Source of the DNA: an uncultured Nitrospinaceae bacterium
GTDB lineage: Bacteria > UBA8248
Assembly (NCBI GenBank): GCA_964005815.1
Contig: CAXFSR010000043.1
Coordinates: 96,001 to 160,000, forward strand
Direction of reading: 5' to 3'
Length of the DNA: 64,000 nucleotides
Every line of letters starts with the position of its first letter. The stretch's first letter is position 1. The notes under the pieces are model-generated. The model did not search any database. It saw only the letters and a program-made list of their open reading frames with translations, and was not told the DNA's origin. A program made the translations under genes and the position numbers. Positions 57,876-64,000 of the stretch are shown here, piece by piece.

Positions 57876-60095
57876 ATGGAACCAATATTAAAAAATAGGG
57901 TACCTGCCAGAATTCTTGATATTACAGAGATGGTGACTGAATATGCACCAGGATATGAGAAATTTATTAATGAAGCATTTCTTTTCACTGCCAATTTCCA
58001 TACTGGCCAGTTTAGGAGTTCTGGACAACCCTATATTTCTCATCCCCTAGAAGTAGGATTAATGTTGGCAGAAATGAAACAAGATCCCGAAACTATTGCT
58101 GCAGGGTTACTCCATGACACCTTAGAAGACACTCGGGCTACAAAAAATGAGATAAATGAAAATTTCGGTGAAATAACTGCAAACCTAGTAGATGGAGTAA
58201 CAAAATTAAATCGGCTAGATATTCCAAATACGAGAACAAGACAAGCAGAGAATTACCGAAAGATGTTAGTCGCAATGTCTAATGATATTAGAGTTATAAT
58301 AATCAAGTTAATTGATCGTTTACATAATGCTATGACTCTTGAGTATCTCCCAAATGAAGCCAGAAAAAGAATAGCCCTCGAGACACACGAGGTATATGCA
58401 CCTCTCGCAAATCGACTAGGAATTGGTTGGTTAAAAGAAGCTCTTGAAGATATATCATTTAAACATTTATATCCTGAAGAAAATGAAAAAATTGAAACCC
58501 TATTAAAAGAGGGGCTAGAAGATATAGAAACTTATCTTGAAAACGTAAAATTAGAAGTTGAAAAAGAAATGGCAAAAAATAGGATAAATGGCATTTTAAG
58601 TAGTCGATACAAATTAAACTCTAGTATTTTCAGAAAAATGAAATCTCAAAATCTAGATTTTCATCAGGTATTTGATATATGCGGAATTAGAATTGTCGTC
58701 GAGAGTCCAATGGATTGCTATTCCGTTTTTGGCTTACTTCACACAAAATGGAAACCTATACCTGGGAGATTTCGAGACTATATCGCTCTTCCTAAATCTA
58801 ATTTATACCAGTCTCTTCACACAACCGTCATTGCGATGAACGGGCAAAGAGTTGAATTTCAAATTCGCACTAAAGAAATGGACCAAGTTGCAAATGAAGG
58901 ATTAGCTGCTCATTGGCAATATAAGGAAAATAGGAATTTAGACAAAGATACTTTTGATAAGTTTAAATGGCTAAGACAAATTATTGAAAACATGAGTGAT
59001 GAAACAGACCCTGGCAGTCTCCTTGATTCTTTCAAAGTAAACTTATTTGAAGACGAGGTTTTCGTTTTCACACCAAGAGGAGATGTTAAAAGTTTTCCAA
59101 AAGGTTCTAGTGCTTTAGATTTTGCTTTTGCTATACATTCTGAAGTAGGAATACACTGCGTAGGTGCTAAAATCAACGGCCGCGTCGTCCCTATAACAAA
59201 AGAGTTAGAAAACGGAGACGTGATAGAAGTTGTTACAAATGAAAATAGAACTCCAAGTCCTGAGTGGCTACATTCTGTTTTAACTCCAAAAGCAAAACAA
59301 GAAATCAAAAATTGGCTTAGACAGCAACAAAAGTTCCGTTCTACTCTTTTAGGAAGAGAACTCTTAGATCATGATTTAAAAAGAATCGATCACGAATTAA
59401 AAACACCTATTCAGGATAAAGACCTACTACCTATTACTGAAAAAATGGGATTCAAAACTATAGATGATCTTCTCGCTGCAATAGGCTTTGGCAATTTAAT
59501 GTCAAAAGAAGTTATGCAGCACCTACTTCCTGAAAATGTTATAGAAGATTTCGAAAAACGTGAAAATTCAAGAATAAGAAGATTTTTGCGTCGTATAACT
59601 AAAAGATCCAATACAGGCATTAAGATAAAAGGTCATGATGAGAAACTAATAAGATTTGCGAAGTGTTGCGACCCTATACCGGGAGATCCTGTGACTGGAT
59701 TTATAACACGTGGCAAAGGTATCTCGATTCATGCAAAAGACTGTGAGAATATCAGTGAATTCTTAAACCAAGAAGAACAATTACTAGAGGTAGACTGGGA
59801 TGTATCTGAAAGCAAAGAATTACATCCAGTTCCCTTATCTCTTGAAGCAAAAGATGAACCCGGAGTTCTCGCCGAGATTAGTGCTTCTATAGCAAAATGT
59901 GATGCAAACATTGCATGGCTTAGTGCAAAAACCCACAAACAGATTGCAGGCATACAACTAGAGGTGCAGGTTTATGACCTAAAACATCTAAAAAAAGTGA
60001 CAAAAAGTATAAGAAAGTTAAGTACAATAAAATCCGTTAATAGGCTACATCCATCTATAGCCAGGAATACAAAATATTACGAAAATGAAACATAA
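57876..60095 (+). CDS. spoT: Bifunctional (p)ppGpp synthetase/hydrolase (Rel/SpoT)
   Basis: HDTLED, YQSLHT, EFQIRT, TGS domain, CC-containing ZFD, ACT domain. Confidence 0.95.
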   Translation: MEPILKNRVPARILDITEMVTEYAPGYEKFINEAFLFTANFHTGQFRSSGQPYISHPLEVGLMLAEMKQDPETIAAGLLHDTLEDTRATKNEINENFGEITANLVDGVTKLNRLDIPNTRTRQAENYRKMLVAMSNDIRVIIIKLIDRLHNAMTLEYLPNEARKRIALETHEVYAPLANRLGIGWLKEALEDISFKHLYPEENEKIETLLKEGLEDIETYLENVKLEVEKEMAKNRINGILSSRYKLNSSIFRKMKSQNLDFHQVFDICGIRIVVESPMDCYSVFGLLHTKWKPIPGRFRDYIALPKSNLYQSLHTTVIAMNGQRVEFQIRTKEMDQVANEGLAAHWQYKENRNLDKDTFDKFKWLRQIIENMSDETDPGSLLDSFKVNLFEDEVFVFTPRGDVKSFPKGSSALDFAFAIHSEVGIHCVGAKINGRVVPITKELENGDVIEVVTNENRTPSPEWLHSVLTPKAKQEIKNWLRQQQKFRSTLLGRELLDHDLKRIDHELKTPIQDKDLLPITEKMGFKTIDDLLAAIGFGNLMSKEVMQHLLPENVIEDFEKRENSRIRRFLRRITKRSNTGIKIKGHDEKLIRFAKCCDPIPGDPVTGFITRGKGISIHAKDCENISEFLNQEEQLLEVDWDVSESKELHPVPLSLEAKDEPGVLAEISASIAKCDANIAWLSAKTHKQIAGIQLEVQVYDLKHLKKVTKSIRKLSTIKSVNRLHPSIARNTKYYENET

Positions 60096-60104
60096 TTGAA
60101 TTTA

Positions 60105-61097
60105 TTACGACAACCCTGCTCTGTTACTTTCCTTTACTTGTCTATTCACTAAATTTATTGGCCACTCCCCAGAGAGTACACGCTTAACTTCATTAGGTGC
60201 TCCCTTTTGTAAACCAACCATAGATTCTTCGCTATACCAAGCAGCATGAGGATTAATAATAACATTCTCTCGATTTCTTAGTGGATGGGAATTAGGTAAA
60301 GGTTCAGGGTCGGTCGTGTCTAAAGCACAACCAGCAATTTTTCCATTGTCCAATGCTTTCACCAAAGCATCTGTTTCGATAATTGGACCTCTCGAACAAT
60401 TTACCAAATAAACAGAAGATTTCATTAAATCAAAAGCAGAATCATTAACCATACCTCTCGTTTCATCTATGAGTGGGGGATGAACTGAAATATAGTCAGA
60501 ATCTTTATACAATTCTTCTAATTCTACCTTTTTAGCAGGAATATCAAATTGACCATCTTCGACAAATGGGTCACTGAAGAGGATCTTCATTCCAAATGAA
60601 ACTGCTCTTTCAGCAACCATTCTTGCAATATTACCAAAACCAATTAGGCCCAGAGTACTACCAGACAAACGAAAAATTGGTTTGCCAGGAGGCACTTCCC
60701 ATTTTCCATTTCGTACAGATCTATCATAAAAAGAAACTTTCCTCGCAGTAGAAAGAAGAAGTGCCATAGTATGTTCCGCGACTTCTTCAATACAATACGT
60801 TGGATTATTAGTAACAATTATCCCACAATCAGTAGCAGCATCAAGATCAATAGTATCCACTCCTATACCATAACGTGCAATTATTTTACAATTTGACATC
60901 TTTTCCATATGCTCACGAGTTATTGGACCTGCATATGTATTTAATAAAGCCTCACAATCTGAAGCTTCTTCAATAAATTCGTCCGGTGACTTAGTTTGCA
61001 TAGCTATAATTTCACAAATTTCACCTAGAATCTCATTTTCCTGATCAAGATTATCCCAAACATAATCTGTGAGTACTACTTTAGACTTTCCCGACAT
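60105..61097 (-). CDS. D-2-hydroxyacid dehydrogenase (CtBP-like)
   Basis: RYGIGVD, YCIEEVAEH, GFGNIA, NCSRG, PHAAWYS. Confidence 0.93.
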   Translation of the reverse strand: MSGKSKVVLTDYVWDNLDQENEILGEICEIIAMQTKSPDEFIEEASDCEALLNTYAGPITREHMEKMSNCKIIARYGIGVDTIDLDAATDCGIIVTNNPTYCIEEVAEHTMALLLSTARKVSFYDRSVRNGKWEVPPGKPIFRLSGSTLGLIGFGNIARMVAERAVSFGMKILFSDPFVEDGQFDIPAKKVELEELYKDSDYISVHPPLIDETRGMVNDSAFDLMKSSVYLVNCSRGPIIETDALVKALDNGKIAGCALDTTDPEPLPNSHPLRNRENVIINPHAAWYSEESMVGLQKGAPNEVKRVLSGEWPINLVNRQVKESNRAGLS

Positions 61098-61243
61098 AAT
61101 AATCCCCTTAAATCTTCTCTATTAGTAATAATCTCAGTCTTAGCTAATACGACATATTAAAACATAAAAAATTTTAAATTTCATTCTCTGATAAAAGATT
61201 ATATAATGACTCAACTATTAGTTTAGCCCTATAGGAATCTAAT

Positions 61244-61816
61244 TTGTACGATAAAACAATTCAAAACTTACGTCTTCATGCTGATGATTGTATTTTAGTT
61301 ATAGTAGATACACAGGAACGCTTAATGTCATCTATGGAAGAAAAAGTAAGGGTTCTGGTTTCAAAAAATATTTCTATATTAATTCAAGTAGCCCAATACT
61401 TAAAGATTCCCATAATAATCACAGAACAGTACCCAAAAGGCCTAGGGAAAACATTAAATGAAATAAGTTCTATCGCAACCAATATTATTCCTCTTGAGAA
61501 AATTTCATTCAGTTGTATGGGTTCTGAAGAATTTTCCAATTCAATAAGAAATCTAAAAAGAACCAAAATTTTATTAACTGGTGTTGAAACCCATATTTGC
61601 TGCTATCAGAGTACTCTAGACTTACTTGAAAGTGGATTTATTGTTCATGTCATCTCCGATGCGACATGTTCAAGAAATAAACATAATTGGCAAATTGCTC
61701 TAAACTCTCTAAAAGATGCTGGCTCGTATATTTCGACAACAGAACAAGTTATTTTTGATCTTGCTCGTGTTGCGGGAACTGATGTGTTTAAATTGATTTC
61801 ATCCTTAGTAAAATAG
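61244..61816 (+). CDS. Isochorismatase family hydrolase
   Basis: VDTQERL, TEQYPKGLG, GVETHICC. Confidence 0.9.
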   Translation: MYDKTIQNLRLHADDCILVIVDTQERLMSSMEEKVRVLVSKNISILIQVAQYLKIPIIITEQYPKGLGKTLNEISSIATNIIPLEKISFSCMGSEEFSNSIRNLKRTKILLTGVETHICCYQSTLDLLESGFIVHVISDATCSRNKHNWQIALNSLKDAGSYISTTEQVIFDLARVAGTDVFKLISSLVK

Positions 61817-61852
61817 AAATTCCAACAATTAAATTTTATTTGAAAGGTAACA

Positions 61853-62887
61853 ATGAAAGATTTAAATAAAGAAAAAATCAAAATTGCTGTGATTTATGGA
61901 GGAAGGTCAAAGGAACACGACGTAAGCGTTGAGTCTGGAGAGAGTATAATAGAAACACTCACAAATAATAATTCATACAAAGTATTCCCAATTCTAATAG
62001 ACAAAGAAGGAAAATGGTTTCTTACAGAAGAAGAAGTTTTTCCCTCCACATCTCCAAATAAAGAAGGCAATCTTGTCAAGAAAAACGGAGAAAAAATAAA
62101 AATAGATATTTTTTTTCCAATTCTTCACGGAAGGTATGGAGAAGATGGAACAATTCAGGGATTATTTGAGCTATCTGGAGCAAATTTTATAGGTTCGGAT
62201 TGTAGATCCTCCGCAATTTCAATCGACAAAGCTGTTACAAAAGCTATTCTTCGCTCATCGGGATTACCAGTACTTCCTTTTATTTCTTTTACTTCAAAAG
62301 AATGGAAAGAACAAAAAGAAAAAATTCTTACAAATTTAGAAAATACTATTGAAACCCCACTTTTTATTAAACCTGTTGCACAGGGAAGTAGTTTCGGTGT
62401 TCACTTTGTAAGAGAAAAATCCAATATTGAAAATATAATTGAAAAATCCTTCGAATTTGACGATAAGATCATGATAGAAGAATTCGCTGACGGAAGAGAG
62501 ATTGAATGCGCTATTCTAGAGAATAGAGAAAATAACCCGTCAATCCTATCAAGTCCTTTAATGGAGATAATTCCAAAAAGTGAATGGTATGATTTTGATT
62601 CTAAATACACCGACGGAATGGCGGATTTAATAATTCCTGCAGAGTTAGATGAATCTACAAAAAAGAAAATACAAGAATATGCGAAATCTGCATTCAGGAT
62701 TATTGGATGTTCTGACCTAGCAAGAGTTGATTTTTTTTACAGAGAAGCAGAAGGCGAAATATTCATCAATGAAGTCAACACTCTCCCAGGTTTTACCAAA
62801 TTAAGTGGTTTTCCAAAAATGATAGATGCAGCAGGAATTTCTTACGAAATGATGATAGAAATTTTAATAGAAAATAACAGAAAATAA
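61853..62887 (+). CDS. ddl: D-alanine--D-alanine ligase
   Basis: YGGRSKEHDVS, HGRYGEDGTIQG, GSSFG, ARVDFF, NEVNTLPGFT. Confidence 0.96.
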   Translation: MKDLNKEKIKIAVIYGGRSKEHDVSVESGESIIETLTNNNSYKVFPILIDKEGKWFLTEEEVFPSTSPNKEGNLVKKNGEKIKIDIFFPILHGRYGEDGTIQGLFELSGANFIGSDCRSSAISIDKAVTKAILRSSGLPVLPFISFTSKEWKEQKEKILTNLENTIETPLFIKPVAQGSSFGVHFVREKSNIENIIEKSFEFDDKIMIEEFADGREIECAILENRENNPSILSSPLMEIIPKSEWYDFDSKYTDGMADLIIPAELDESTKKKIQEYAKSAFRIIGCSDLARVDFFYREAEGEIFINEVNTLPGFTKLSGFPKMIDAAGISYEMMIEILIENNRK

Positions 62888-62933
62888 TTTATTTTCAAAT
62901 ATTTACAAATTTAAGTTAACACAAATTCTATAT

Positions 62934-63842
62934 TTATTGTGTATAAATACTCTCTCTCGTTGAGGGATTATCATACTTTCCTTCTTTAATTGAAAATTTT
63001 TGCAAAAGCACTTGATACAAACCCAGTCCTCCTCGATAAAATGCAGTAGATGAGCATACTAGCCATAGCCTATATATCCTATATATTCGCTCTCCAACCA
63101 TATCTCTAATCTTTTCTGCGTGTTCTTCAAGATTATGAAACCAATCACGACACGTTTTTGCATAATGTAATCGCAAATTCTCTACATCAAGAATTTCCCA
63201 TCTTTCTTGCTCCATCACATTCATAATATTTGTTATATTATCTAATTCTCCGTTTGGGAAAACATTTTTTTGGAGAAAATCATTCTGACTTGTTTCAACC
63301 CGAAACTTTTGACAAGTGATCCCATGGTTCAGAAATAGACCATCATCTTCTAATCTGTTTCTTACATTCTTAAAGAAAGAAGGATAATTTGCAATTCCTA
63401 TATGTTCGATTATTCCAATAGCAGATATCTTAGAAAACTTCTTTTCTAAGGGAAAATCTCTATAATCCATATGCAAAACTCTACATCTATCAGACAAACC
63501 TTCCCTCTTAATCCAATCACTAGCCCACTTAGCTTGTTCTTTCGAAAGAGTGACCCCAGTCGCATTTACTCCATAATGTTTGGATGCCCAAATCGCTAAA
63601 CTCCCCCAACCGCAACCAATATCTAAATATGAGTCTTTAGAATGCATACGCAATTTCTTGCAAATCAAATCCATTTTATCTTTTTGGGCATTTTCTAATG
63701 TTTTTTCAGCAGATCTGTAATATGCACACGTATAGAGCATATTCTCGCACAGAAGCAATTTATAAAATTCGTTAGAAAGATCATAATGAAATGAAATTGC
63801 TTGGGCATCTGTTGTTTTAGTTCGGTTTTCTTTAATACTCAT
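62934..63842 (-). CDS. cfa: Cyclopropane-fatty-acyl-phospholipid synthase family methyltransferase
   Basis: ISFHYDLSNEFY, YTCAYY, LDIGCGWG, LRLHYAKT. Confidence 0.88.
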   Translation of the reverse strand: MSIKENRTKTTDAQAISFHYDLSNEFYKLLLCENMLYTCAYYRSAEKTLENAQKDKMDLICKKLRMHSKDSYLDIGCGWGSLAIWASKHYGVNATGVTLSKEQAKWASDWIKREGLSDRCRVLHMDYRDFPLEKKFSKISAIGIIEHIGIANYPSFFKNVRNRLEDDGLFLNHGITCQKFRVETSQNDFLQKNVFPNGELDNITNIMNVMEQERWEILDVENLRLHYAKTCRDWFHNLEEHAEKIRDMVGERIYRIYRLWLVCSSTAFYRGGLGLYQVLLQKFSIKEGKYDNPSTRESIYTQ

Positions 63843-63854
63843 TTTTCCCTCAAA

Positions 63855-64000
63855 TCATCCTATCCCGAACGCGCCCTCTAAAACAAAACGCCTTCTTAAC
63901 CAAGCATTCTTACACATTATCTTCGCGATATTTTGTGTAAAATTACTAGGCAATAATTCTATAAACTTATCCCCCAAGGTAATCTGACCATTCCCATAAA
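63855..64000 (-). CDS. C-terminal end of a CDS truncated by the window edge (possibly a flavoprotein reductase)
   Basis: Open frame YGNGQITLGDKFIELLPSNFTQNIAKIMCKNAWLRRRFVLEGAFGIG ending just upstream of cfa. Confidence 0.5.
   Translation of the reverse strand, partial: YGNGQITLGDKFIELLPSNFTQNIAKIMCKNAWLRRRFVLEGAFGIG

Noticed and set aside
1138..62610. Many 60-160 aa ORFs antisense to or overlapping the called genes (e.g. 28803-29219, 39633-40118, 47703-48158, 58910-59308)
   Set aside because: Shadow frames of well-supported genes, with no motifs or RBS

Overview
AT-rich (roughly 35% GC by eye), gene-dense bacterial chromosome segment. I see no rRNA, tRNA, CRISPR array or mobile element. 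The gene content suggests a free-living, probably marine heterotroph; the taxonomy is inference only. Main blocks: (1) 0.4-12 kb: three internally duplicated carboxymuconolactone-decarboxylase (CMD)-fold genes, two EamA exporters, an Fe3+/thiamine-class ABC importer whose binding protein ends in nine lysines, an SDR and a CocE/NonD hydrolase. (2) 12-22 kb: M20 hydrolase, a livKHMG cluster lacking livF, and assorted catabolic enzymes. (3) 22-30 kb: a complete but atypical cytochrome c maturation System I operon (Cys-type CcmE, SxxC CcmH, two TlpA, an unannotated ccmD, one frameshifted accessory gene). (4) 30-51 kb: ilvC, a desaturase with a C-terminal extension, many oxidoreductases (several with altered catalytic residues), a split UxaA/SuyAB-like lyase between Ldh_2 paralogues, and an SCO1664/DUF3090 pair. 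(5) 51-58 kb: an octaheme cytochrome c-Rieske-split cytochrome b operon, two small membrane ORFs missing from the ORF track, a degenerate Mrr-fold membrane protein and a 4x[4Fe-4S] ferredoxin. (6) 58-64 kb: rel/spoT, a 2-hydroxyacid dehydrogenase, isochorismatase, ddl and a cfa-like gene. All calls come from motif reading; no database searches were run.
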